Sequence record: SRR20825010_2885
DNA length: 37,382 nt
Strand: one strand, 5' to 3'
This document shows positions 21,900-32,147 of the stretch, in pieces (the stretch's first letter is position 1; every line of letters begins with the position of its first letter). Position numbers and translations under genes: made by a program. The notes under the pieces are model-generated. The model was not told the DNA's origin and did not search any database. It was given only the letters and a program-made list of their open reading frames with translations.

Positions 21900-22774
21900 A
21901 CCGCTGCGGGAACCCCTGCCGGTTGTTTGAAATGATGCCAGACAGGCTCAAGCCCGTCTGGCATTTTCATGATGACCCCAAGCTCACACCAGGGTGCACC
22001 GGGAAAATGGAAATCGCTGCCCTGGGAGGCAAGCAGGTTTTCCCGACGACACAGTTCCGCCAAAAAGCCCAGATCACCGCTGGACTGCCCCGACGTTGAG
22101 ACTTCAATACTCCGGCCTCCCGCCTGACGGAAGTCGGCAACGAGCGCGCGCAGTTTGGTTGCGGTAAGCTTGTACTTCCTGGGGTGAGCCAGCACGGCCA
22201 CACCTCCGGCCTCCGTAATCCACCGGACTACCTCCGGCAATTCAGGCCAGAAACCCTTTACATCCCCCGCCTTGCCAGCTCCAAGGTAGCGCTTGAACGC
22301 CTGGGCGATATCCTTTACCACCCCCTCTTCCACCAGCACCCTGGCAAAATGAGGCCGACCGGGCACGTCGCCGCCCGCCTTATCCGTTGCCTTCTCGAGC
22401 AGGTTTTCAATTTTCAGCTTTGAAAGCTTGTCGGTAATGGTGCGGGCTCGGGACCAACGGTTCGTGTTCTGCCGCTCCAATGCCTGCTTCAGACGGTCGT
22501 CATCAACGTCAAAATCAAGCCCGACTACGTGTATGGTGTGACTTTTCCAGAGGCAGGACAGCTCGGTACCGGCGATCAGCGTAAGACCAGCCTCCCGTGC
22601 GGCCTCCGATGCTTCTTCAAGCCCGGCGATGGTATCGTGATCTGTTATGGCAAGGTGGGTAACACCTCTGGCTTGCGCACGTGCGACCAATTCCTTCGGT
22701 GGCAGCGCGCCGTCGGACGCCGTCGTGTGGCAATGCAGATCAATGCAGAAGTCAGCTTCTTGGGTTATAGTCAC
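21896..22774 (-). CDS. PHP-domain phosphoesterase (YciV/TrpH, RNase AM-like)
   Basis: [32 protein letters not shown] metal-binding motifs. Confidence 0.92.
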   Translation of the reverse strand: MTITQEADFCIDLHCHTTASDGALPPKELVARAQARGVTHLAITDHDTIAGLEEASEAAREAGLTLIAGTELSCLWKSHTIHVVGLDFDVDDDRLKQALERQNTNRWSRARTITDKLSKLKIENLLEKATDKAGGDVPGRPHFARVLVEEGVVKDIAQAFKRYLGAGKAGDVKGFWPELPEVVRWITEAGGVAVLAHPRKYKLTATKLRALVADFRQAGGRSIEVSTSGQSSGDLGFLAELCRRENLLASQGSDFHFPGAPWCELGVIMKMPDGLEPVWHHFKQPAGVPAAV

Positions 22775-22860
22775 ATCTTTCCCGATTTCAGAGTAAATAC
22801 CATCAACGCCAGTGTACCAGCCAGGTATTACACTGTGTCAGTAAATATCCGGAGAATATC

Positions 22861-23160
22861 ATGTACTACGCCATCATCAGCGAAGATGTCGAGAACAGCC
22901 TGCCGCTGAGGTCTTCTGCCCGTCCTGCCCACATTGAACGGCTAAAGCTGCTCAGAGACGAAGGCCGCCTTCTGGTCGCGGGTCCCCACCCGGCCCTGGA
23001 CACACCGGAACCCGGTGACGCAGGGTTCACCGGCAGCCTGGTTGTAGCCGAATTTGATTCATTGGCATCGGCCCAGGCCTGGGCCGATGCCGACCCCTAC
23101 GTGGATGCCGGTGTGTACCAGAAAGTGATCGTCAAACCCTTCAAGGCTGTACTGCCCTGA
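22861..23160 (+). CDS. yciI: YciI-family protein
   Basis: [37 protein letters not shown]. Confidence 0.93.
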   Translation: MYYAIISEDVENSLPLRSSARPAHIERLKLLRDEGRLLVAGPHPALDTPEPGDAGFTGSLVVAEFDSLASAQAWADADPYVDAGVYQKVIVKPFKAVLP

Positions 23161-23277
23161 GGGCGCACGGTTGCCTGCACCTGGCACCATGAGCTTTTTG
23201 TAATGAACTCCACCTTGTATGACCCGGCATCTATGACAAAATTGCGCCTTAAATCGCTGTTCCAGGGAATAAAACCA

Positions 23278-23949
23278 GTGACGCCTTTACGTCTGATTAC
23301 CTGCATTATCGTTTTGATGGTGGCTGCAACGTCAACCCACGCCAAAACCGTTTATGTCGATGACACGCTCTACGCTCCGATCCGAAGTGGTGAAGGGACA
23401 CAGTACCGAATCCTGCACTCAGGAGTCCGGAGCGGAACCTCGCTTGAGCTGCTGGAAACATCGGAATCAGGGTATAGCCGTGTACGCACGCCGGACGGCA
23501 TCGAAGGCTGGATGGTGTCACGCTATCTCACCGACACTCCTATTGCGCGCCAACGTCTGGAAGCCACCAACCGGCAACTGGAACAAGCCCGCAATGAACT
23601 GAATAATCTCAGGACGCAGCTTGAGGAAGTCACAACGGAACGGAACGAACTCAGGAGCTCGGAAGAGTCCCTGGAAGCCCGCGCAGGAAGACTCAGCGAA
23701 GAGCTTCGTAATATCAAGGAAGTCGCTTCGGACTCCATCAATCTGAATCGGCGGAATAGCGAGCTTCGCGAAGAGAACCAGAAGCTGCGCAACGACCTGG
23801 AAGTGCTCACTGCAGAAAAGGAGCGCCTGGAAGCCAAAAAGGAATCCGATTTCATGCTACTGGGTGCAGCCCTTGTGCTGCTCGGGGTGATTTTGGCCCT
23901 TGTTATCCCGCTGCTCAAGCCTTCACGGAAAACGGACAACTGGGCATAG
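23278..23949 (+). CDS. SH3b-domain envelope protein (YgiM/TIGR04211-like)
   Basis: Signal peptide, YVDD...IRSGEG.QYRI...EGW SH3b, long coiled coil, C-terminal TM with basic tail; start uncertain (23203, 23233 or 23278). Confidence 0.88.
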   Translation: MTPLRLITCIIVLMVAATSTHAKTVYVDDTLYAPIRSGEGTQYRILHSGVRSGTSLELLETSESGYSRVRTPDGIEGWMVSRYLTDTPIARQRLEATNRQLEQARNELNNLRTQLEEVTTERNELRSSEESLEARAGRLSEELRNIKEVASDSINLNRRNSELREENQKLRNDLEVLTAEKERLEAKKESDFMLLGAALVLLGVILALVIPLLKPSRKTDNWA

Positions 23950-24012
23950 AACACCTCCCCATCGCGGGAGACGTTGGAGGAAGCGCCTCTTCGAAAACCC
24001 ACATATAGTGTC

Positions 24013-24060
24013 ATTCGGGAAACCTAAATACTAAATATAAGGGCTTCCCGAATTTTTATT
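24013..24060 (+). terminator. Inverted repeat plus T-tract (terminator or operator) between the SH3 gene and pilZ
   Basis: ATTCGGGAA-N23-TTCCCGAAT followed by TTTT; the loop is long and AT-rich. Confidence 0.4.
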
Positions 24061-24072
24061 CCCATGAATTCT

Positions 24073-24115
24073 TTGACGCTTCCGCCCTTAGCATTTATAA
24101 CTAACAAAACAACAA
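24073..24115 (+). promoter_or_regulatory. Sigma70-like promoter and A-rich leader of the PilZ gene
   Basis: TTGACG-N17-TATAAC, then AACAAAACAACAA before a GAGG SD. Confidence 0.55.
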
Positions 24116-24130
24116 CCGCGAGGTGCCGGG

Positions 24131-24433
24131 ATGTCTGAAACCATGAAGGACTATTCAGAAAAACGCGATTTCCACCGCATGACAATGAACTCGGAAATCG
24201 AACTCACAGACAGCAATGGCGTCGCGATTCCAGGCATTTGCCGGGATCTCAGCGGCACTGGCATGCAGCTATACGTAGAAAGGGCGTTTGCCGAAGGGGA
24301 TGAAATCCACACCCTTCTACCTTCCACCAGCGAGCAATTCCCGCCATTCGAAACGGTCTGCCGCGTGCTTCGCTGTGTTCCTGACGGGGATGGGTTTCTC
24401 CTGGGGATGGAGATTGTAAAGGTAAAACGCTGA
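24131..24433 (+). CDS. Standalone PilZ-domain c-di-GMP receptor
   Basis: RxxxR (RDFHR) and DxSxxG (DLSGTG) motifs intact; 100 aa. Confidence 0.92.
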   Translation: MSETMKDYSEKRDFHRMTMNSEIELTDSNGVAIPGICRDLSGTGMQLYVERAFAEGDEIHTLLPSTSEQFPPFETVCRVLRCVPDGDGFLLGMEIVKVKR

Positions 24434-24456
24434 CCGGTGCGGTCAAGGGAAATGTA

Positions 24457-24486
24457 GCCCGGTAGAGTACGGGGGAACTACCGGGC
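24457..24486. terminator. Stem-loop between convergent pilZ and rraA
   Basis: GCCCGGTAG-N12-CTACCGGGC; U-tracts weak. Confidence 0.45.
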
Positions 24487-24497
24487 AAACGGCCGTA

Positions 24498-24980
24498 TCA
24501 GTCGATCTTCAGTGGCTTTTCGGAAACCACGATACCGTTGTTATCGGCATAGATGTAATGGCCAGGATGGAAGGTCACGCCTCCGAAGGTGACCGGCACG
24601 TCCAGATCACCCACTCCACGCTTCTCGGTCTTGCGCGGATGCGTACCCAGCGCCTGCACTCCCAGGGCTGTCTTTCCAATGACATCTACATCGCGGATAC
24701 AGCCATAGATCACCAGGCCAGCCCAGCCATTACCCGCCGCTTTCTCGGCCAGCATGTCACCCAGCAGAGCGGCCCGCTTTGATCCGCCACCATCGACAAC
24801 CATCACACGACCGTTACCCGGCAGGGCAACCTGTTCCTTAACGATGGAATTGTCCTCAAAGCATTTCACCGTCACGATCTCGCCCCCGAAGGCGTCCACG
24901 CCACCAAAGTTGCGGAAACCCGGCTCTACCACCAGGATTTCGGGGTAATCGTCACACAGATCAGGGGTTACGATAGGCAC
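24498..24980 (-). CDS. rraA: RraA family protein (RNase E inhibitor / HMG aldolase-like)
   Basis: TPDLCD, FGG, KCFEDNS, VVDGGGS, ALLGD, GCIRD, YADNNG; GTG start just after ppsA. Confidence 0.95.
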   Translation of the reverse strand: MPIVTPDLCDDYPEILVVEPGFRNFGGVDAFGGEIVTVKCFEDNSIVKEQVALPGNGRVMVVDGGGSKRAALLGDMLAEKAAGNGWAGLVIYGCIRDVDVIGKTALGVQALGTHPRKTEKRGVGDLDVPVTFGGVTFHPGHYIYADNNGIVVSEKPLKID

Positions 24981-25005
24981 GCACGTGCTCCTTTTCTCGA
25001 AATGG

Positions 25006-27378
25006 TCAGTCGATTTTCTCGTCCGCGAGGAAGAACCAGGTATCCAGTACCGAGTCCGGATTCAGGGATACGGAATCGATCCCCTGATCCATCAGCCATT
25101 TGGCCAGGTCAGGATGATCCGAGGGCCCCTGGCCGCAGATACCGATGTACTTATTCGCCTTCTTGCAGGCCTGGATAGCACTGCCCAATAACGCCTTGAC
25201 GGCGTCATTCCGCTCGTCAAACAGGTGGGCAATGATGCCGGAGTCCCTGTCCAGCCCCAGGGTCAACTGGGTCAGGTCGTTAGAACCAATCGAGAAGCCG
25301 TCAAAGTGCTCCAGGAACTGCTCGGCCAACAGGGCGTTGGCGGGGAGCTCGCACATCATGATCACGCGCAATCCGTTCTCGCCACGCTTGAGACCATTTT
25401 CCGCCAACAGGTTCACCACCTGCTCGGCTTCTCCCACCGTGCGGACAAAAGGCACCATGATCTCAACGTTGGTCAGCCCCATTTCATTACGGACTTTCTT
25501 CAACGCCCGGCATTCAAGCTCGAAACAATCACGGAAGGTTTCGGAGATATACCGAGAGGCACCACGGAAGCCCAGCATCGGGTTTTCTTCATCGGGCTCG
25601 TAAAGGGTACCGCCGATCAGGTTGGCGTATTCATTGGACTTGAAGTCGGACAGCCGCACAATCACCTTCTTGGGCGCAAAGGCAGCGGCAAGGGTGGATA
25701 TTCCCTCGACCAGCTTGTCGACGTAGAAGTCCACCGGCGAGCTGTACCCGGAGATCCGTTTCTCCACCGTCTGACGAATATCTCGCGGCAGGCCGTCAAA
25801 ATTCAGCAGCGCCTTCGGGTGAACGCCAATCATGCGGTTGATGATGAACTCGAGTCTCGCCAGGCCGACACCTTCATTGGGTAACGCCTGGAAGTCGAAG
25901 GCCCGGTCCGGGTTACCCACGTTCATCATGATTTTGAACGGTATGGCGGGCATGGAGTCTACCGTGTTTTCCTTCAGCTCAAAATCGAGGCTGCCCTCGT
26001 AGATCATCCCGGTGTCGCCTTCGGCACAGGACACCGTCACTTCCTGGCCGTCTTTCAGAATCTCCGTGGCATCGCCACAGCCCACCACGGCCGGAATACC
26101 AAGCTCCCGCGCGATAATGGCAGCATGGCAGGTACGCCCACCGCGGTCGGTTACGATGGCGGACGCCCGCTTCATCACCGGCTCCCAGTCCGGGTCGGTC
26201 ATATCCGTAACGAGAACATCGCCCGCCTGTACGCGGTCCATCTCCTTGATACTGGTGATGATCTTGACCGGGCCACTGCCAATCTTGTGGCCGATACTGC
26301 GGCCCTCCACCAGGATGGTGCCGGTCTCATTGAGCAGATAGCGCTCCATCACGTTGGCCGAAGCGCGGCTCTTAACGGTTTCCGGACGGGCCTGCACAAT
26401 GTAGATACGGCCGTCGTCGCCATCTTTCGCCCATTCAATGTCCATCGGGCGCTGGTAATGCTTTTCGATGATCATGGCCTGCTTGGCCAGTTCTTCCACT
26501 TCCGCGTCAGTGATGCAGAAGCGATTACGTTCGTCCTGTTCAACCTTGACCGTTTCCACAAACTGCTCTGCGGCGGGGTCAGTGTGGTAAACCATCTTGA
26601 TGGCCTTGCTACCCAGGTTGCGGCGCAGAACGGCAGGCTTGCCCGCCGTGAGGGTGGGCTTGTGAACGTAGAATTCATCGGGGTTCACAGCACCCTGCAC
26701 CACCGTTTCACCCAGGCCGTAGGAGCCGGTGATAAACACGACATCCCGGAAACCGGATTCCGTGTCCAGGGTGAACATAACGCCACTGGCAGCGGTCTCA
26801 CTGCGCACCATTTTCTGAATGCCAGCAGACAAGGCTACCTGTTTGTGATCAAAACCGTGGTGGACACGATAGGAAATGGCGCGGTCATTGAACAGGGAGG
26901 CGAAGACCTCCTTTACTGACGTCCGCACCTGTTCCAGGCCCACAACGTTAAGGAAAGTCTCCTGCTGGCCAGCAAATGACGCATCCGGAAGATCTTCCGC
27001 AGTGGCTGACGAACGCACCGCCACCGCGAGGTTGTCGTTGCCGTCACGTAGCTTTGCGTAGGCGTCCGCAAGTGGCTTTTCCAGCGCGTCCGGAAATGGC
27101 GTATCAAGAATCCACTGGCGAATTTCGGAGCCGACCCGAGCCAACTCGTTCACATCATTGATGTCCAGAGCGTCCAAAGCGTTGTCGATCTTTTCACGAA
27201 GACCGTCTTTGGCCAGGAATTCACGGTAGGCGTGAGCGGTTGTAGCAAAGCCACCCGGAACGGTAACACCTGCGTTGGCAAGATTACTGATCATTTCACC
27301 GAGGGAGGCATTCTTTCCCCCGACCCGGTCAACGTCTGACATTCCCAGGTGATCAAACCAGATAATGTAATCTTCCAA
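25006..27378 (-). CDS. ppsA: Phosphoenolpyruvate synthase
   Basis: [31 protein letters not shown] (phospho-His), [15 protein letters not shown]; probable TTG start after GGGAG. Confidence 0.98.
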   Translation of the reverse strand: MEDYIIWFDHLGMSDVDRVGGKNASLGEMISNLANAGVTVPGGFATTAHAYREFLAKDGLREKIDNALDALDINDVNELARVGSEIRQWILDTPFPDALEKPLADAYAKLRDGNDNLAVAVRSSATAEDLPDASFAGQQETFLNVVGLEQVRTSVKEVFASLFNDRAISYRVHHGFDHKQVALSAGIQKMVRSETAASGVMFTLDTESGFRDVVFITGSYGLGETVVQGAVNPDEFYVHKPTLTAGKPAVLRRNLGSKAIKMVYHTDPAAEQFVETVKVEQDERNRFCITDAEVEELAKQAMIIEKHYQRPMDIEWAKDGDDGRIYIVQARPETVKSRASANVMERYLLNETGTILVEGRSIGHKIGSGPVKIITSIKEMDRVQAGDVLVTDMTDPDWEPVMKRASAIVTDRGGRTCHAAIIARELGIPAVVGCGDATEILKDGQEVTVSCAEGDTGMIYEGSLDFELKENTVDSMPAIPFKIMMNVGNPDRAFDFQALPNEGVGLARLEFIINRMIGVHPKALLNFDGLPRDIRQTVEKRISGYSSPVDFYVDKLVEGISTLAAAFAPKKVIVRLSDFKSNEYANLIGGTLYEPDEENPMLGFRGASRYISETFRDCFELECRALKKVRNEMGLTNVEIMVPFVRTVGEAEQVVNLLAENGLKRGENGLRVIMMCELPANALLAEQFLEHFDGFSIGSNDLTQLTLGLDRDSGIIAHLFDERNDAVKALLGSAIQACKKANKYIGICGQGPSDHPDLAKWLMDQGIDSVSLNPDSVLDTWFFLADEKID

Positions 27379-27552
27379 AGCGTGTCTCCCTTGATTCATT
27401 GTAGCAAAGAGCCAAACCGGACAGGTGGAGCTGATTTCAACCCTGCAATTACTGCATTCTCCACTGCGGGCTCTCGAACTTGGCGTGTATGATACTGTAA
27501 CCTGTGGAATTTACCTAGGGTAGCCGCCAAATACGGAGCCGGACCGCACACC

Positions 27553-28368
27553 ATGAAACGAACCGCTTTCTTTATATCCGATGGCACCGGCCTGACCGCC
27601 GAGGCCTTGGGGCACAGCCTTCTGGCACAATTTGAGAAAATTGAGTTTGAACGCATTACGGTGCCATATATTGATGACGCTGACAAAGCCCGGGAGATGG
27701 TCAAGCGCATCAATAAAGCGGAGGAAATCGATGGCATGCGGCCGCTGGTTTTCGACACCATCGTTAATAGCGATATCCGCGATGTTATCGCCGGCGCAAA
27801 CGGTTTCATGGTGGATATCTTCGGTACCTTCCTGAATCCATTGGAACAGGAGCTGCAGTCCTCGTCGTCCTATACCGTTGGCAAATCACACGCCATCAAC
27901 AACGAAGGCAGCTACGAACGGCGCATCCATGCTGTTAATTTTGCGCTGGATAACGATGACGGCGCCCGCACGCGTCATTACGACGAGGCAGACCTGATTC
28001 TCGTCGGCGCCTCTCGCAGCGGCAAGACGCCCACCTGCCTGTATCTGGCCCTGCAATATGGTGTAAAGGCGGCCAACTATCCCATAACCGAGGAAGATCT
28101 GGACGACCAGCAAATGCCAGCTGCGCTGCGGCCTCACAAGGAGAAAATTTTTGGGCTGACCATCGAGCCGGAGCGGCTGGCAACCATCCGCAACGAACGA
28201 AGACCGAACTCCCGTTATTCATCCATGAAGCAGTGCATGCATGAAATTGAGGAAATTGAGCTGATGTACCGCCGGGAACGAATTCCTTACCTCAACACAA
28301 CCGCGTATTCCGTGGAGGAAATCTCTACGCGCATCATGGTCAGCACCGGGCTTAAACGGAACCGATAG
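27553..28368 (+). CDS. ppsR: PEP synthase regulatory kinase/phosphorylase
   Basis: [34 protein letters not shown]; divergent from ppsA. Confidence 0.96.
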   Translation: MKRTAFFISDGTGLTAEALGHSLLAQFEKIEFERITVPYIDDADKAREMVKRINKAEEIDGMRPLVFDTIVNSDIRDVIAGANGFMVDIFGTFLNPLEQELQSSSSYTVGKSHAINNEGSYERRIHAVNFALDNDDGARTRHYDEADLILVGASRSGKTPTCLYLALQYGVKAANYPITEEDLDDQQMPAALRPHKEKIFGLTIEPERLATIRNERRPNSRYSSMKQCMHEIEEIELMYRRERIPYLNTTAYSVEEISTRIMVSTGLKRNR

Positions 28369-28378
28369 AGCAGATAAC

Positions 28379-28420
28379 AAAAAGGCCGACGCCCTCTCCC
28401 TTAATGAGCGTCGGCCTTCC
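28379..28420 (-). terminator. Terminator between convergent ppsR and the M16 peptidase gene
   Basis: AAAAAGGCCGACGC...GCGTCGGCCTT stem with a U-tract on the minus strand. Confidence 0.7.
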
Positions 28421-28443
28421 GTTTTCGGGTGCTTTCAGGTGCC

Positions 28444-31368
28444 TTATAGCTCCTGGATTTCCAGCCCCAGTTTTTCAGCGGTATCACGATTTTCGAAGCT
28501 GGTGACAACCGCTACACTGGCGCTGCCCGGCTTCAACCACTCGCGGGCCACTCGTTTCATATCATCCAGGGTCACCGCCAACACCCGTTCCCGGAAACGC
28601 GCACGCTGCTCGGGCGTCCGGCCGAACAGGCGATTGTGGAAAGCATGGCGGGCTGCACCAGCTGGTGACCGTGGGCGATCCAGTTGCCCGATCACGCCGA
28701 GAATGGATTCTTCCAGCTCCTGAGGATCGTGCTGCTCGGTCTGCAGCCACTCCAGGGCGTTGTCAAAATCCTCCAACGTCTCGCCCAACCGGGGATCGCG
28801 GTAGGAAAAGAAACGGAACGTGCCGTTCACGCTGTCCTGGCCAGCTCCACCGCCATAGGCGCCACCCTTTTCACGGATCGCACGGTGCAAGTAGCCGTTG
28901 CGCAGGAAACCACCCAAAACGGTCAGTGCCGCTGCGTCCGGGTGGTCGATTGCAACCGTGCTGTAGGCTTTGGCGCAGAAGTTCACCTGGGTTGACGTTA
29001 ACCACGCCTGACGCGCCTGATAACTGACGGGCTCAAGCTTCCAGGCTGCTTGCTCTCCCGCACCGGAGTCGCCCCAAACGGTCTTCATTTCAGTCAGCAT
29101 CGGGTCCAGCTGCTCTTCCTCACCGATCAGCAGGAATTGACGGGACTGGTTCCGAATACGTTCGTGCAGTGCTGCAAGCCGCTCACAGAATCTGTCGAGC
29201 TCGGCCGGTTCGCTGAGGGACTTATCCAGCGCCTTAACGCCACGGATAGCTTCCAATCCCCCAAGACGGAACGACAGCCACGCACCCGGGCTGATTCCCT
29301 GCGATGCCGCCCCCATGGCCAACGCATGGCCACTGCCTGTAACCGCCTGCTCGCGGCGGGAACGAATCTGGGCAATCAGCTCCCGCACCCGCTCCTTCTC
29401 ATCAAAGCGGGCGCCATCAAAGACGTCGTTCAGCAGGCGAGTCAACGCCTCGCGGTTTCGAGCCAGCGCCTTGCCATTAAAGACGATATAACCCTCAAGA
29501 TCCTGAACATCGTCGATTTTTCCCTTGGCGGAGAAGGACGCACTGATGCAACCGGATTCCGCCGAAATACGATCCTGCATCTGCAGGTAATCCAAGTCGC
29601 CGCAACCCACTTCCGGAATCAGGGTGGTGTAGTACGGCAGCAACAACAGTTCTTCCTCGGTCAGGTTCGGTACCGGCAGGATCACCTGCTCGTACACCAG
29701 ACCATTGGTGCCACGGGCATAAATGGTCGCAGGCATGTCGCCGGCGAACCGCGCCTCGGGTTCCGGCAACTGCAGGGGAACGTCGGTCAGGTCAACCTTC
29801 GGCAGGATGGAATCGTCGTCTTTTCGTGTCTGCCGCTCTTCCAGGGCCTGGGCGCGCTCGATAATCTGGCGAACCTCTTCGTCAGTCAACGAGGCCTTGC
29901 GGCGGGCAAGGGCATCGCGAATTGCCGCCTGGCGACGACTCTCCAGCTTGTCATCCGGGCGCAGCGTGAGGGTGACGCGGTGCGGATTTTCCAGCAGTTT
30001 GCGGCGGATCAGGCCGGGCACATACTGAGGATCACGGATTTTTTCCCGCATATCAGCCAGGACCGGCTCCAGATCCAGGAGCTCAACCGGATCGCCGCCA
30101 TGGACCATCGGCGAAATCGCGGTCATGATCAGTTGCAGGCCATACGGGAAACTGTCGCCGGCAATCTCGCGCTGATGCAATTCCAACTGGTGCAGAATGG
30201 CTTCCAGGCGATCTTCACTGACGCCCTCTTCCACTACCTTGGCCAACGTCTGTTCGATCAGCGCTTCAAGGTCGTCCTGCCTCTCCGGGTCACTGCCCTC
30301 AATGCCGCAGACAAAGGTCATTTCACGGTTGGAGTCTTCCAGGCCGCACATCGGAGACGGCGAATGACCAATATCGGTGGTTTCCAGCGCCCGCATCAGG
30401 GGCGACGCACTGTTTTCCAGAAGAACACTGGCAAGCAGCTGCCCCTCCAGGTTTTCCTGCAGGTCAAAGCTGTGCCCCAGCAACCAGCCCATCACGATAT
30501 GGGTTTTATGGCCGGTTTCCTCGCCCTCACTGACGGCGTAACTCTGGTCGACGCGCACCGGCGAGAACATCCGCTTCTCATCACGTACCGGCAGCTCCAC
30601 ATCCAGACGATCAAACCGCTTCAGAGCCAGCTCCTCGAAGCGTTCATGATGCTCGTGAGCTGGAATGTCCCCGTAGGTCGCAAAGATCGCATTGCTGGGA
30701 TGGTAGTGATGACGGTAGAAGCGCAACAGGTCGTCGTAGCTCAGATCTACAATGTGGTCTGGCTCACCACCACTGTTGTAGTGGTAGGTGGTGGTCGGGA
30801 ACAGGTGGCTGGACAGGTTCTGCCACAGCTGTGACGTGGGCGCACTCATGGCGCCTTTCATTTCGTTGTAGACCACACCGCGGTAGACCAGGTCGGTGGA
30901 CGGATCGTCTGGCGTATCGAATTCGAGGCGATGCCCTTCCTGCGCAAAGTCCAGCGGGTCCAGAGAGGAAAAGAACACCGAGTCCAGATAAACCGTCAAC
31001 AGGTTGTCGAAATCCTTGCGGTTCATGCTGGCGAAGGGATAAGCCGTCCAGTCACTACTGGTAAAGGCATTCATAAAGGTGTTCAGGGACCGGCGAATCA
31101 TCATGAAAAACGGATCGCGCACCGGAAAACGCTCGCTGCCACACAGCGCCGTATGCTCCAGGATATGAGCAACACCGGTGGAGTCCATGGGAAAGGTTCG
31201 CAGGGCCACAAAGAACACGTTTTCGTCGTTATCCGCCGCCAGGTGCAAGTGGCGGGCACCGGTTTTGCGGTGACGGTATTCCTCGACCGTCACGTTCAGC
31301 GTGCTGATCCGGTGACTGCGAAGCTTTTCAAAGGCCGGATGGACGGTGTTTTCGATCACTGCAGCCAT
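28444..31368 (-). CDS. M16C zinc peptidase (presequence protease PreP/Cym1-like)
   Basis: Inverted zincin HILEH, FMNAFT, GVVYNEMKG, IREKGGAYGG, FFSYRDP; 974 aa with no signal peptide. Confidence 0.95.
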   Translation of the reverse strand: MAAVIENTVHPAFEKLRSHRISTLNVTVEEYRHRKTGARHLHLAADNDENVFFVALRTFPMDSTGVAHILEHTALCGSERFPVRDPFFMMIRRSLNTFMNAFTSSDWTAYPFASMNRKDFDNLLTVYLDSVFFSSLDPLDFAQEGHRLEFDTPDDPSTDLVYRGVVYNEMKGAMSAPTSQLWQNLSSHLFPTTTYHYNSGGEPDHIVDLSYDDLLRFYRHHYHPSNAIFATYGDIPAHEHHERFEELALKRFDRLDVELPVRDEKRMFSPVRVDQSYAVSEGEETGHKTHIVMGWLLGHSFDLQENLEGQLLASVLLENSASPLMRALETTDIGHSPSPMCGLEDSNREMTFVCGIEGSDPERQDDLEALIEQTLAKVVEEGVSEDRLEAILHQLELHQREIAGDSFPYGLQLIMTAISPMVHGGDPVELLDLEPVLADMREKIRDPQYVPGLIRRKLLENPHRVTLTLRPDDKLESRRQAAIRDALARRKASLTDEEVRQIIERAQALEERQTRKDDDSILPKVDLTDVPLQLPEPEARFAGDMPATIYARGTNGLVYEQVILPVPNLTEEELLLLPYYTTLIPEVGCGDLDYLQMQDRISAESGCISASFSAKGKIDDVQDLEGYIVFNGKALARNREALTRLLNDVFDGARFDEKERVRELIAQIRSRREQAVTGSGHALAMGAASQGISPGAWLSFRLGGLEAIRGVKALDKSLSEPAELDRFCERLAALHERIRNQSRQFLLIGEEEQLDPMLTEMKTVWGDSGAGEQAAWKLEPVSYQARQAWLTSTQVNFCAKAYSTVAIDHPDAAALTVLGGFLRNGYLHRAIREKGGAYGGGAGQDSVNGTFRFFSYRDPRLGETLEDFDNALEWLQTEQHDPQELEESILGVIGQLDRPRSPAGAARHAFHNRLFGRTPEQRARFRERVLAVTLDDMKRVAREWLKPGSASVAVVTSFENRDTAEKLGLEIQEL

Positions 31369-31466
31369 TCAAACTGTCCTGTCTTTAACTAGATGGGGAT
31401 TGTAGGGTAACACGTACTTTCTATTATCATGCACTAACCAGAAGCGACAAGGCAGTACCCAACGCC

Positions 31467-31988
31467 ATGACCACCGAACCCCACGAAATCCACACATCGG
31501 ACGCTTCGCCAAAGTCGGCCAGATCCGCCCACCAGGCCGCCAGCAATCGCCGCGCCATCCACGCTCCGGAGGTGGCCGCCTATTGGGCCGAGCGCCGACG
31601 CTACCTGGAGCGCATACGCCGCGTTCCGGAAATAAGGCAGCGTTACTGGCGCGCCATCGGTATGTATCTGCTTCGCCGGGTGCTCTGGTCCTTTGGTTTC
31701 TTTCCGGTTTTCATCGCGTTCTGGGTACCTTTTGTACTTTCCAGCTTCAACCCGGTGGTCATGGCGTCCGACCTGATCCCGTTGCTCGAAGGGTTCGTCG
31801 ACGCCAACCCGGAAATTCAGGCAAACACCCTGAGCACGTTGGTCATCGCCTGGGCATCGATCGGGTTCTTTTTTCTGGTCTTCGATTTTGTGCTAACGCC
31901 GTTCAAATCCCCCTACGAATATGAAGCAGACGTCTACATGCGCTCCTGGGAACAGCTCAACCATGACCAGCTTCCGGACAAAGTGTGA
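31467..31988 (+). CDS. Hypothetical inner-membrane protein (2 TM)
   Basis: Arg-rich N-terminus and two hydrophobic segments (VLWSFGFFPVFIAFWVPFVL; LVIAWASIGFFFLVFDFVL); fills the gap; genome-like codon usage. Confidence 0.8.
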   Translation: MTTEPHEIHTSDASPKSARSAHQAASNRRAIHAPEVAAYWAERRRYLERIRRVPEIRQRYWRAIGMYLLRRVLWSFGFFPVFIAFWVPFVLSSFNPVVMASDLIPLLEGFVDANPEIQANTLSTLVIAWASIGFFFLVFDFVLTPFKSPYEYEADVYMRSWEQLNHDQLPDKV

Positions 31989-32147
31989 TTTGTCCTGCAT
32001 TCTCGTGAACTTCAGTGACTTTGTGTTACATAACATTGCCCCGACTGGGTAAGATGAAGCGGTGCCATCCCTCATACCCGTTGACCAACGACGATGAAAC
32101 GGGCGAAACATTGGCAGTTACACGAATGCAGAATTGAGAGGTTGTCC

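Noticed and set aside
23205..23234. SigmaE promoter for the ygiM-like gene (GAACTC...TCTAT)
   Set aside because: The spacer is 19 nt, longer than the 16-17 nt expected.
24013..24130. c-di-GMP riboswitch upstream of the PilZ gene
   Set aside because: No GEMM-type two-stem GNRA/receptor pattern is visible, and the inverted repeat lies upstream of the predicted promoter.
27490..27520. HexR or Cra operator between ppsA and ppsR
   Set aside because: Only a poor partial dyad (TGTGGAATTTACC); it cannot be distinguished from promoter sequence.
29050..30834. 594-aa plus-strand ORF, and similar long antisense ORFs at 10239-11312, 15386-16480, 18414-19298 and 32118-33098
   Set aside because: They lie antisense to well-supported genes and show no recognisable motifs. 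Such shadow ORFs are expected from codon bias in GC-rich DNA.
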